Below are positions 11,474 to 23,294 of a stretch of DNA of 64,000 nt, one piece after another. Position 1 is the first letter of the stretch, and every line of letters starts with the position of its first letter. The notes beneath the pieces were generated by a model. It was not told the origin of the DNA. It searched no databases and saw only the letters and a program-made list of their open reading frames with translations. The position numbers were made by a program, and so were the translations under genes. The stretch lies in the NCBI GenBank assembly GCA_037447605.1, contig CM074819.1, positions 496,001-560,000 of the forward strand. The letters are read 5' to 3'. This stretch comes from Zygnema circumcarinatum SAG 698-1b (lineage: Eukaryota; Plantae; Zygnematophyceae).

Positions 11474-12842
11474 CTCTCTCTTTCTTTCTCTTTATCTCTC
11501 ACACTCTCTTTTTTTCTCTTTATCTCTTTCTCTCTCTCTTTTTCTCTCTCGCTTCCTCAATCTCTTTCTTATTTCTCTCTCGCTCTCCCTGCATGAGTAA
11601 ACGAAGCGATTCTAAGAAATTGCATCGAATTATTTGGCTTCAGAGACTTATCGGGATGGAAAATTGGCATAAAGTTCTCTCGCGGAGAAAATGTGACCGT
11701 TGTCACGGACTGCCTTGTCGATACAAACCTGCCAGCTGTCGGTGAGCGTTCGCCACATTTCCAATGCATTACCGCCTCAATTCTATGTGACAGTTTCAAT
11801 TAACTTTCAGTTTTGAGTCTCACTTTCAGTTCTGTTATTAATTCAGATTTGATACTTATTCTACTCATAATTCTAATCTATGGGTATTTAAAATCCTTTG
11901 TCCATTTTTTTCTTCAATGATATTTTTTGCCTTTTTTTCTTTTCTTGGTGCTGGCAGGGAATGATTTGCGGTTCTATGCAGTTCCCAGCGTGAATGACGT
12001 CATCGTGACGGCCGTTAACGCGGGCGGAGACACGGCGCTCTATGCGGCAACATTTTCCGTTGGAGGGACTCTCTGGGGGGCCTCTACTCCCGCAGCTGCT
12101 CTTCCCTCTCATATCTATCTTGAAAATTCAGGTCAGTTGAGAGAGAGAGAGAGATAGAGAGAAAGAGAGGGAGAGGGAGAGAGGGAGAGGGGGGGGGGGG
12201 GGTTGGGTGAGAGGTGGGGGAGGACGGGAGGGGGGGAGAATGGGTTGAGGGAGAGGGGATAAGTGGGAGGGAGTTGCGGGGAGTGAGAGTGGGAATGGGG
12301 GTATGGATAGTGGGGCAGAGAGAGGGAGAGAGAGAGAGGAGAGATCGAGTGGGAGGAACTGATGAGCGAAATGAGGAGGAGGTAGAGGAGAGGTGTGGAA
12401 TAGCGAGACGAGATACTAGGGGAAGCGTACTTGAGCGAAAAATAGATAGAGAGAGAGGTAGAAGCATGAAAAGGGGCAGAAAGTGCGTGAGAAAATGAGG
12501 GGTAGACAGAGTGAAGGGGAGAGAGAGAGATAGAGAGGCAAATGACAGGTTATTTCTCTAACAACTGCATGCAAACCCTATACAGGATACGACTGTTCTT
12601 CCGTACGTCCCATTCTCTATGGCAGCTCGCTCTCTCAATGCTGCCTTGAAAGCGCTTACCCTCCCCCCCCTCCTCCTCTCACATTCGCAAATTCGAGTAT
12701 CGACGGTATCGAGATATATTGGGATGTTACCGTTGCAGAAGCTTCTGAATATTGGGTGCTGGTCACGATAGTGAATCAACAGCGATTTCGGAGAGTAGAC
12801 CCCCCCGGGTGGGAGCTGACGTGGACTTGGGCAGCGCAAGAG
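10667..12842 (+). CDS. COBL: COBRA-like protein (cellulose-organising family, normally GPI-anchored), 5' part; 3' part lost in the gap
   Basis: Exons 10667-10766, 11057-11342, 11644-11741, 11958-12131, 12586-12842 are phase-consistent. They encode a signal-peptide-like N-terminus, a COBL7-type domain (CDGVELRY...FRADVVINNTGSRDLSGWKIGIKF...GGTLWG...LPSHIYLENSGYDC...QCC) and the start of the COBRA domain (DGIEIYWDV...VTIVNQQRFRRVDPPGWELTWTWAAQE). Confidence 0.85.
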
Positions 12843-12947
12843 GTTTGCAAAAGTTTTTTTTTTCACTTGATTTGGATATGTTTCGGATTTGCTTGATAAC
12901 GATTTTGAGAGAATAAAATTACGTTAACTGATGTTAATGTGATCCGC

Positions 12948-13047
12948 NNNNNNNNNNNNNNNNNNNNNNNNNNNNNNNNNNNNNNNNNNNNNNNNNNNNN
13001 NNNNNNNNNNNNNNNNNNNNNNNNNNNNNNNNNNNNNNNNNNNNNNN
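12948..13047. other. 100-N scaffold gap containing the 3' ends of two convergent genes
   Basis: The COBL gene (+) ends at an intron on the left and the PLP-enzyme gene (-) ends at an intron on the right. Both lack their C-terminal exons. Confidence 0.85.
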
Positions 13048-13287
13048 CGAGAGCGAATCCTAAAACCCTAAAATTTAGTAATGACAAAACAAACAACAAA
13101 CAAACGGACGATGACGACATGTCGTGTGAACATCACAGCGCTTGAAGTGATGGCGTCATATAAAACTGATGACTTCATATGCATCTGGATGACGTCATAG
13201 GCACATGGAATGAGAAATACACATGCGTTGATGACGGCATAGACACATTGATTACGCCATACGTGCATGGTGACGTCACCCACCCAC

Positions 13288-16200
13288 CTGGATGATGTCA
13301 TAGCGCCGCGTGCGAGGTGGCGGCTGCACGCGGTAGCCCTGTGCTGACATCACCTCCGCCACCAAAAGGCTGCTCTGCCTCCCTCCCTCAACCACCACCA
13401 AAAAAAATAATTTCTCTCTCCTTTAGGGCAACATAGAAACCACGAAATTAACGATTACTTGCAGTGGTAATGTCTGAGCACCCAGTTCAACCTTCCCCCC
13501 CACCCTCCCCCCTCCCCTCCAACTCTCCCTCTGCTTTCGCTCTCCCTCCCTTCTCTCTCACTCTCCCCCCCTCCCTCTCCCTCTGGTTTTTCCTCACCTT
13601 TCCACTCTACCTCTCCCTCCACCTCTCCATCGCCTTCCCCTCTCCGTCTCCTACCTCTCCCTTCTCCTTCCTTTGACCCTCTCCCTCCCCCCTCCCCTCT
13701 CCCTCTCCACCCTCTCCCTCTCTCTCCCCCCTCCCTTCTCCTTCCTTTAACCNNNNNNNNNNCCCCCTCTCTCCCTCCCTTCACCTTCCCCCGTCCCTCC
13801 CTCTCCTCTCCCCTCCCCTCCCCTCCCCCTCCTTTCTCCACCCTTTTTCTCCCTTCCAAGGAACACCCCAAAGGAAAAAAAAAGAAGACAACGACGATAA
13901 TTGGGCTGCCCCCCGATTGAAAACAAAAGCAAAAACTTCAAAACTTTAAAACTTCAAAACTTTTAAAACTTCAAAACTTTAAAACTTCAAAACTTTAAAA
14001 CTTCAAACTTTTCAAGTGTTGTTCCCTGAAGGCGCGAATTTGAAGCACCTTGATCGCCTCTCCCACCATTTGGGGCCCCAAAAAGAGCCCTTGCAGAAAC
14101 AGACGCATCGTCTCGCCAGGTGTCGCCCCCGCATTGGTTCCGATCCCCGGAGCTGCCAGCCTGGCAGCCGCCGCCTCCACCCATTGGCTCCGCCCCGCCA
14201 CGTACCCTCCGCAGGGGGCCACAGTGCCGCCCGGGTTCTTAATCAGACTGCCCGCTATGAGGTCGGCCCCCTGGGGAGGGAGGGAGAGAGGGAGGGAGAG
14301 AGAGAGAGAGGGGGAGGGGGAACGGGAGAGAGGGAGAGAGAGGGTGAGAGAGGTGGATAGGGGGGGGGAGAGAGGGAGTGGTGGGGAGAGGGGGAGAGGG
14401 GGGGGAGAGAGGGGGGGGAGAGAGAGGGGGAGAGATGGGGAGAGCGAGAGGGAGAGCGGGGGAGAGAGAGGGGGAGATAGAGAGTGGGAGAGAGAGGCGG
14501 AGAGGGGGGAGAGAGAGAGTGGGAGAGAGAGGGAGAGAGAAGGAGAAAGAAAGGGGGAGGGGGTGAGAGGGGGAGGGGCAGAGAGAGGGAGAGGGGGGGG
14601 AAGAGCGGGGAGAGAGAGTGGGAGAGGGGGGAAGAGAGAAGGGGGGGAGAGAGTGTGGGAGAGAGAGGGGGAGAGGGGGGGAGGGGGGGAGAGAAAGAGA
14701 GGGGGAGAGAGAGGTTGAGGAGGGAAGAGAGAGTGGGAGAGAGAGGGGGAGAGTGGGGGAGAGCAAGGGGGGAGAGAGAGGGAGAGGACGAGAGGGAGGA
14801 AGAGGCAGAGCGGGCGAGAGAGAGAGAGGGGGGAGAGAGGGAGAGCGAGAGAGGGGAGAGTGGGAGAGAGGAGAGAAAGAGAGGGGAGGAGAAATGTGGC
14901 GTGCAGCTCTAAAAAAAAAAAGAGAGATGAAACTTTTACTATTTTTAACTTGAGTATGTAAGGTAATGTTCTCATTCAAAAAACTCGACCGCATTCATGC
15001 GGGAAGAATCGGAAACTTTTCCATTGGAGGTCGAGATGGGGTACAAATGGGGTACAAAACGGCCGTATATGGGGGCATGGAATGAGCATTTGAATTTTGA
15101 AAGAGTAATTTTGGAGGAAGGAGAAAGGGGTACAAATGGGGTATAAAGCCTTCACCACCGCTGAAGGTTCCCTCGTTTCCACAAATTCGCCGTAACAATT
15201 GTCCACCACAATGATGCACTCGCTGTTTTGCTCCTGCTCGTTCAAAAAGGGGAATACAAAAATGAGAACGGGGCTTTAAAACCATAGAAAACCAAAGATC
15301 AAAAACCAAAAAACCAAAAACCAAAAAATCAAACATCAAAAGCCAAAACCCAAAACGAAAAAAAGGTATTGAGGATCGTCGGCGAGCCTCCCCTGACAGT
15401 GTTAAACTGAATTCCGGGAGGGCCGAGAAAGAGGGAGAGGGAGAGGGAGAGGGAGAGGGAGAGGGAGAGGGGTTGCAAAAAATAGAGAGAGAGAGAGAGT
15501 GAGAGAGGGAAAAAGAGCGAGAGAGAGAGGGAGAGCAAAATATATTCAGAGAGAGAGAGAGGGAGATGGAGAGGGAGAGGGGTTGCAAAAAATAGGGAGA
15601 GAGAGAGAGAGAGAGTGAGCGAGTGCGACATTTAGGGAGTGAGAGAGGGAAAGAGAGAGAGAGGGAGAGGGAGAGCAAAACATAGGGAGAGAGAGAGAGA
15701 GAGAGTGAGTGAGTGCGACATTTAGGGAGTGAGAGAGGGAAAGGGAGAGAGAGAGGGAGAGCAAAATATAGGGAAAGAGAGAGAGGGAGATGGAGAGGGA
15801 GAGGGGTTGCAAAAAACAGGGAGAGAGAGAGGGTGAGAGAGTGCGAAAGCTAGGGAATGAGAGAGGGAAGAGAGAGAGAGAGGTGAGTGAAACGATAGGG
15901 AGCGAGTGAGGAGAAAAGAGTGGCAGCGAGGGAGCGAGTGAGAGAGAGAGAGAGTGGTGGAGTGAGAGAGCGCGGGAATGCAAGAAGCGCGCGAGAGAGA
16001 GAGGGGGAGAGAGAAAGAGGGAGAGAGAGGGGGAGAGAGAGGGAGAGGGGGAGAGAAAGGCAGAGAAAGGGAGAAGTGAGAGAGAGAGAGAGAGGGGACG
16101 GCGCTTCGTCCATTCCCCACACACACCTTAATCAGCCGAATTGCCCGTTCTATGTCCCTGATTGTCAGCGTTTTCCGTTTACTGTTGTATCCGCAGGAGC

Positions 16201-19200
16201 GTTGAACGAGCGCGCAGCGACTCCGTGACGTCACGGCCGTACTCAGCGCCGCCCAGTCGAGGCCTCCGTCGTCCGCCAGCTGGACAAAAGGACAAAGTTG
16301 AGAGATTTAGGGTTTTGGAATCAATTCAAAAGTGATTGAAGGGTCCGATTCAGGGTTCAGGGTTTAGGGTTAGGGTTTGAGGTGCAGGGTTTGGGGTTTA
16401 GGTTTAGGGTTGAAGTTTTAGAGCTTAGGGTTCAAGGTTTAAGGATTTAGGGTTCAGGGCTCAGGGTTCAGCGTTTAAGGTTCAGGGTTCAGGGTTCAGG
16501 GTTTAGGGTTCAAAGTTTGGGTTTGCGATTAAGGGTTTAGAGTTTAGGGTTTAGAGCTTAGCCTTCAGAGTTCAGTTTAGCCTTCAGGGTTCAGCGTTTA
16601 AAGTTCAGGGTTCGGGGTTTATGGGTTTAGAGCTTAGGGTTCAGGGTTCAGGGTTCAGGGTTCAGGGTTCAGGGTTCAGGGTTCCCCCCCACCTGCACCT
16701 CGCGGTAGGTCACGCCGAAGTCTCTGAGCGAGCCCCCCCCCTCCGCCCCGCGCAGGCCAATCACCTCCTCCAGCGTGTCGTACGGCGCGCCCGCCACGGC
16801 CACCAGCTGGCGCCCGCCCAGCCCGCCACGTGGCACCGCTTACTGCCTGCCACGTGCTGCCGTTCGAAGGGCAGCCATGATGCCACGGGGAAGCCGTTTA
16901 GGGCTCCCACGTGTCGCCACGTGGCGTCGTTTTGGGGAACCGTCTTGCCACATGGCAGTCACTCAGCCCGATTGCCACGTGGCAGTCATTAGGGCTCCAG
17001 GATTTGCCACGTCGCAGTCATTAGGGCTCCAGGGTTTGCCATGTGGCAGCCAATAGGGCTCCAGGATTTGCCACGTGGCAGTCAGTTAGACCTCCGTCTC
17101 CACGTGGCCGATCAGGGCTCCGTGGTTGCCAGGTGGCAGCCATTTTGGGCCCTAACGCTGCCACGTGGCAGCCCTTCAGGGCCGGTTGCACCTTTTCAGG
17201 GTTTCAAGCTCAAAAGGAATTTAATCATTCAGACTTTTTCTTTTGCTTAAATTTCTTTTCTTCATGAATGAAATGTGGAAAAGGATCAAATATTAGCTGC
17301 AAAAATGGAAAATTACATAAAAATATGTCATAAAAGACTCGTACCTCGTCTCCAGGACGGAGAACTGCAAACAGAGCACATGCAATTGCATGCGTTCCGG
17401 AGAAAAACTGAACACCCGCACATAGAATACCACCTGGCAGTTAGTCCTCACTCCGCACAACCCTAAACCCTAAACCCTAAAACCTGAACCTGAACCTACA
17501 CCATAAACCCAAACCCCACTTTCTGCAAACAGCGGAGGTCCACAGTGGAATCAAATTCAACGCAGTAAGAAAGCATTGCATAGTGAAAACAAAAATACAT
17601 TCATTTCCCTTTTATATTTATTTTAAAAAGGAATTTTTTATTTATTTTCCCTTCGGACCTGCGAGCGCACACACGCTGCCTCCGCGCCGACAATTTCCGC
17701 GAAGGCGCAGTCGAGGGCGTCACGCCCGCCCGCGTCCGCGTGGCCGTACCCCGTAGAGCCGCCGAAGTGCTGGAGGGAGGGAGGGAGGGGAGGGAGGGAG
17801 GGAGAGGGAAAGAGAGAGTGAGGGGAGGGAGAGGAGGGCGAGGGAGAGAGAGGGGGAGAGAGAGGAGGGAGGGAGAGGAGGGAGAGGAGGGAGAGGAGGG
17901 AGAGGGAGAGGAGGGAGAGGGAGAGAGAGAGAGGGAGAGTGAGGAGGGAGGGAGAGGTGGGAGAGCGAGAGAGAGGGGGAAAGGGAGAGAAGGAGAGAGA
18001 GAGGCGGGGATGGAGAGAAGGGGAGGGAGAGAAGGAGAGAGAGAGGTGGGGAGGACGAGAGGGGAGGGAGAGTGGAAGAGAGAGGCGGGGAGGGAGAGAG
18101 AGGGGGAGGGAGGGAAGGAGAGAGGGAGTGGGGAGACGGAGACAGGAGGGTGGGAGAGAGGGAGAGAGAGGGGGGAGGAAGAGGAGGGAGAGGAGGGAGA
18201 GCGAGAGAGGGGGAAGGAGAGGGAGATGAGGTGGAAGAAGAGGGAGGGAGAGCGGGGACGGAGATAGGCGGGGAGGGAGAGAGGGAGAGGGAGGGAGAAG
18301 AGGGAGGAGGGAGAGGAGAGAGAGAGAGGGAGAGGAGGAGGGAGGAGAGAGGTGGGAGAGCGAGAGAGAGGGGGAAAGGGAGAGAAGGAGAGAGAGAGGC
18401 GGGGATGGAGAGAAGGGGAGGGAGAGAAGGAGAGAGAGAGGTGGGGAGGACGAGAGGGGAGGGAGAGTGGAAGAGAGAGGCGGGGAGGGAGAGAGAGGGG
18501 GAGGGAGGGAAGGAGAGAGGGAGTGGGGAGACGGAGACAGGAGGGTGGGAGAGAGGGAGAGAGAGGGGGGAGGAAGAGGAGGGAGAGGAGGGAGAGCGAG
18601 AGAGGGGGAAGGAGAGGGAGATGAGGTGGAAGAAGAGGGAGGGAGAGCGGGGGACGGAGATAGGCGGGAGGGAGAGAGGGAGAGGGAGGGAGAAGAGGGA
18701 GGGAGGGAGAGTGGGGCGAGGGAGAAGGAGAGAGCCAGTAAGAGAGAGTGGGAGAGAGCGGAGAGGAGAGGGAAAGAGGAAGAGGGAAAGTGGGGGAGAG
18801 AGGAAGAGAGGGAGGGAGAGGGAGGGGGGAGCTTGCTTAAATGTCCATATGGAATTGATGACTTTTCAAGATTTTGCAAACCCAGAATTACCCCAAAGCC
18901 CCCAAAACTCTTAAACTTCCAAACCCCCTCAAACCCTAAAAGTTCTCAGAACCCTAAAAACCCAAAAACTTGACAAGCCCCATTAGTCCAATACTAAATT
19001 GCCATCTTTTTAAGGTTTCGAGAATCCCTAAAAGCTCACATGAGATCCAACGCGCGCCCGAGAATAGGCGGCGAGCACACGGCTCAGATTCGTCGCCACG
19101 AGGAGATCAACGGCTGAGAATTCGTCCTGTAGCTCCTTCGCTGCTGCGGCCACCTGCTCCCAAGGAGCGGCGTCAGGGTTTAGGGTTAAGGGCTCAGGGG

Positions 19201-20090
19201 AGGTAGGGTTTAGGGTTTAGGAGTTAGGGTTTAGGGGTTAGGGTCTAGGGTATAAGGGTTAGGGTTTAGGGTTTAAGGGATTTAAGGGGTTGAAGGTGTT
19301 TAGGGTTCAAGCGGTTTAGGGTTTAGGGTTTAGGGTTTAGGGGGTCTAGGGTTTAGGGGGTTTAGGGCTTAAGGGGACTACGGTTTAAGGAGTTTAGGGT
19401 TTCGGGTTATAGGGTTTTATGGTCTTTTGCGGGTTTTGGGGGTTTTGGGGGTGTAGGGGTTTAAGGTTGTAGGATTCAAAAGGTTCAAGGGTTTAGGGTT
19501 CAGTGGTAATCGTGGTTTCGGGTCTTTCGCAGGTTTAACGACTTTAGGGTCAGTTTTTGGGTCTTGGGGTTCTCGGAATGAAGGGTTCAAGGGTTTGTCC
19601 GGCATTTTATACTGTCCGGGTAGGGTGTAGGGTTTAGGGTTTAGAGTTTAGGGTTAAGGTTTAGGGTTCAGGGTTTAGGGTTTAGGGTTTAGGATTTAGG
19701 GTTGAGTTTAGGGTTTATGGTTTAGGGTTTCGCAGATTCGGGCTTGAAAGGAAAAGAAAAAAAAATCAAAATGGTGGGTCGACCGCAAACCTCCGCAGAG
19801 AATGGCGCCAAATTTTCATCTCCATAATTAAAATTTTCATTTTCTTCGCAAAATTTTGAGTCTGCTCGGGCACCCTCATCGCTCTCCAGAACCCGAGTAA
19901 AGCTGTTTGCGGAATGCACAGCCCAAGTCCTTTCCCGGGCAGGCGAAAAGTTTTTCGGGGCAGGCCCAGATCCGATGGGAGCTTTGAGAGCAGGGAAGGA
20001 TTTAGGGTTTTGGATTGCCCAGGCAAAGAAAGAAGCATTTTCGCACGTGTGAAAGAGCCCCCCCAATGGGAGGGCGACACGTAGCGCCAT
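13288..20090 (-). CDS. Methionine gamma-lyase / aluminium-resistance (YnbB-like) PLP-dependent enzyme with probable plastid transit peptide; 3' exons missing
   Basis: Nine phase-0 exons: 20090-19791, 19153-19040, 17769-17659, 17407-17345, 16806-16693, 16279-16127, 15233-15156, 14270-14049, 13374-13288. Motifs RVGSHHFGGSTGYGH, FFSGTHAI, GAPYDTLEEVIG, QRSCGY, VDNCYGEFVE, GADLIAGSLIKNPGG (PLP lysine) and PQMVGEAIK. Confidence 0.92.
16330..16680. repeat. Intronic degenerate telomere-like tract (TTTAGGG/TTCAGGG)
   Basis: Direct reading. Similar tracts occur at ~19176-19727, and a (TTAGGG)n run at ~5498-5541. Confidence 0.85.
16827..17167. repeat. Intronic minisatellite (~33-bp period) built on the palindrome TGCCACGTGGCA
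   Basis: Eight exact CACGTG (16827, 16851, 16908, 16918, 16976, 17072, 17101, 17162) plus single-mismatch variants, in intron 4 of the PLP-enzyme gene. Confidence 0.85.
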
Positions 20091-20366
20091 GGCCGCCGAA
20101 AGGGGAGGGCAGAGGGCGGCTCTCAGCGAGGGGCTTTGTATCGGATATCGTATTGTATTGATATATCTCACTGTATCGATGTATCGAAATATATCGCCTA
20201 TCTTACTATTTCGGAGTATCGCATTTCTTTGGTATATCGTACTGTATCGTAGATTCTCATTGTATAGTATTGGCATATCGTACAGTATCGTCATTTGTAT
20301 CGGTGTAGCGTACTTTAATTTGTATATCGTATTGTATCGTAAAATTCAATGTATCGTGGGATCGTA

Positions 20367-20960
20367 CCATTCGACTGGTTGCCAACCAGTGGCGCAGGAC
20401 TGAAACAACCATTCGACTGGTTCGGAACCAGTGATCCAATGGTTGGCAACCATTGAATTTCTGAAATTATGCCTTTTTGCAAAAATGGGTCGTTTGTGTT
20501 TTTTGGTTGTTGCCAACCGTTGACAACTAGTGTAACAAGCCTGATGTGTACAGATGTGTACGAATCCGTACAGCTTAATCGTACGGTTGTACGGGGATTC
20601 TGTACGGCCGAACCGTAATAGTTTTCTCCGAAACGCCGAAGACATTTTGGTAACTGTAGCGTTCAGTTCGCTACAACTAGTGATTTAATGGTTGCCAACC
20701 ATTTGATTTAATGGATATAACCATTCGACTGGTTGCCAACCAGTGCCGCCAGATCGAAACAACCATTCGACTGGTTGCCAACCAGTGGCATCCACTGGTT
20801 CCAAACCATTCGACTGGTTGCCAACCAGTGGATCCACTGGTTCCAAACCATTCGACTGGTTGCCAACCAGTGCCGCCAGATCGAAACAACCATTCGACTG
20901 GTTGCCAACCAGTGGCATCCACTGGTTGGCAACCAGTCGACTGATTGCCAACCAGTAGAC
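20367..20960. repeat. Array of a 26-bp repeat ACCATTCGACTGGTTGCCAACCAGTG containing a 17-bp palindrome
   Basis: Exact copies at 20367, 20720, 20762, 20805, 20847 and 20889, plus degenerate ones. The core ACTGGTTG-C-CAACCAGT is a perfect inverted repeat. Confidence 0.9.
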
Positions 20961-21229
20961 GTCCAACCATTGCCATCCAATGGTTGTCCAATGGTTGCCG
21001 ATCCACTGGTCCGAAAAGTTTACTTTTATTGAACTCGCGATGGCGAGTTTCAATTCGATATGTACGATATGGACATGTACGGCTTTTACAGTTCCGTACG
21101 GTCTGTAGCTGCATAAAACCCTCGTTCACACGTGTGAGCGAGGGCTGCTGGAGGGGGAGGGGGGGAGGAGAGGGAGGCGGAGGGGGGAGTGGGCGCGGGA
21201 GGGGAAGAGAGGGAGAGGGAGAGGAACCA

Positions 21230-23294
21230 ATGGAGCAGTTAAAACAGCGTGGAGCAGCGGAGGTCCCTCCAGCGGGCACTGCGGAAAACCCTAAAATATC
21301 CAAAACCTTGACGATCTCCAAAAACATGAAAGGCCGCAAAGGAACTCGTCTTACGAGAACCCACAAGGGCCCCCAAAACATGCAAGACCCCTATTGTTTT
21401 GGAACTTCTAAAGATCCAAAGGGAGGGCCCAAGAGGCCAAGACTGAGCAGAGAGGGAGAGCTGCTGCAGGGAGAGAGGGAAGGAGAGGTCACTGGAGGTA
21501 GGGGGGGGAAGAGGGAAGGAGAGAGAGAGGGAGAAGGAGAAGAGGAGAGGGGGGGAGAGGGAGAAGGAGAGAGGCGGGGAGAGAGAGAAGGAGAGGCGGC
21601 AGAAGGAAGGGGGAGAGTTAGGGATAGCGAGAGAGTTGAGAGAAGCAGGAGAGAAGGAGAGGGAGCAGGAGAAAGGGAGGGAGAGGAGCTTCCTGATTGG
21701 GGGAATTTGGAGGAAGATTTACTTTATTCGGTTTTCAGCAAAATGGGGTCGAGGAGCCTTTTTGCATCATCCGCAGTATGTCGGCGGTGGCGCCACGTGG
21801 CAGCTTCGGATGACCTCTGGGCGGCAGCCTATGCACGGAGGTGGGGGAGCCTTCCAAAGGAGCGGCCCACGACAGTTCCGCGGCTTCGGTATGTAAACCA
21901 TGATTTTTTTTTTGATAATTTGCAAAAAAAGATTCTAGAAGTCAAACAAGAAGTGTCATTATTTATTCTTCGATGCCTTTGTTGTTTTCAAAAAATGGGT
22001 GATTGTTTACTGTTAAGTCTCTCGTTTGTATATGTTCTGCTTGTTTGTTGTTGCTTTGGTAGTTCGGACAATGCAGTGCATAGTGGACGGGTGTGATTGT
22101 GACTGTGAGAGAGAGAGAGAGGATGGGGGCAGAGTGAGAGGAACTTCCAATTCAAAATTGAAGCACTAGAAGTGAGAGAGAGAGAGAGTGAGGGAGAGTT
22201 TATGATGAATGTGAGAGGGGCAGAGATCAAGAGAATTTACTTTCTCCTTTTGAGTTGACCGTGGTGGAAGGCGCTGGGAGAGGGAGAGGGAGAGGGAGAG
22301 GGAGAGGGAGGACCATGAGCCTTAGCCCCTCTCTTCAGCGTGCGCGTGCATGGCAGTGCATGCAAGGTGCCGCGCCCGCCCGCGCCGGCGGCCCTTTGGG
22401 CGGAGGCCTTCCTGCAGAGGGCGCGGGCGGAGCGCGGCGCGGCGGTCTGCGCGCTCTGCGGGAAGGCGCTCGCGGGGGGCGACGCCGTGGCGCGGCGGGA
22501 ACACGGCATGGCGCATGCGCTGCCCTACCGGTACCCGCCCCATGCCCATGCCATGCCATGCCCTCCATGCCGTCTCAGCTCATGCCATCTTATCCCATCC
22601 CATGCCTTCCCATGCCATGCCATCTCATCTCATGCCATGCCTTGCCATGCCATGCCATCTCATCTTATGCCATGCCTTGCCATGCCATGCCATCTCATCT
22701 CATGCCATGCCTTGCCATGCCATGCCATCTCATCTTATGCCATGTCATGCCTTGCATGCCATGCCTGGAGTTCCCTTCCTTTCTTTTTCCCTTCCCTTCC
22801 CATGGGCATGCCATGCCTGACATGCATGCCATCCCATGAACCCCAAGCCATGTATGTCATACACGCCACCTGTTTATGCCTCCCATCACATCCCACCCCA
22901 TGTTTGAATGGGCCATGCTTAACGCACTCATACCATACCATGCCATACCATACCATACCATGCATGCATGCATGGCAGGTGCATGGCTGCGGGCTGTGGG
23001 AAGAAGTACGCTCGCCACAACCGCCTCTCGAAGCATCTCAAGTCGAAGCAGCGGCAACTGGAGAACAAGGAACAGGGGGACTGTTCCGTAAATGCGTGTT
23101 CTATGTGCGAGCAGCAGTTCATGTCCGAGCATCATCTGCAACATCACATGAACAGTGACCATCTCGGAGAAAGAAAAAATCAAATTTCAAAAGTGGGCCC
23201 GGGCAGGAGGAAGAAAAGAGCTGACCTTAGCTCTGTGCTGGCAATTACGGAGGATGAAGTTATCACAGAACGGAGACATAGAGCGAGCAAGTAG
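21230..23294 (+). CDS. F-box protein with three C-terminal C2H2-type zinc fingers
   Basis: Exons 21230-21888, 22339-22530, 22979-23294 are phase-consistent. F-box: WGNLEEDLLYSVFSKMGSRSLFASSAVCRRWRHVAASDDLW. Fingers: CALC..EHGMAH, CMAAGC..KHLKSKQ (last His absent) and CSMC..HHMNSDH. Confidence 0.85.
22540..22975. repeat. Degenerate (CATGC/CCATA)n pentamer repeat in intron 2 of the F-box gene
   Basis: Direct reading. A similar (GCATG)-rich array occurs at ~47610-47825. Confidence 0.85.

Noticed and set aside
17939-18800. ~413-bp internal duplication in intron 2 of the PLP-enzyme gene
   Set aside because: Purine-rich low-complexity sequence with no terminal features; treated as slippage or unequal crossover, or as an assembly effect.
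20720-20914. CRISPR array
   Set aside because: Spacers are only 16-17 bp and repeat as two types, there are no cas genes, and the context is eukaryotic. Kept as a palindromic repeat array.
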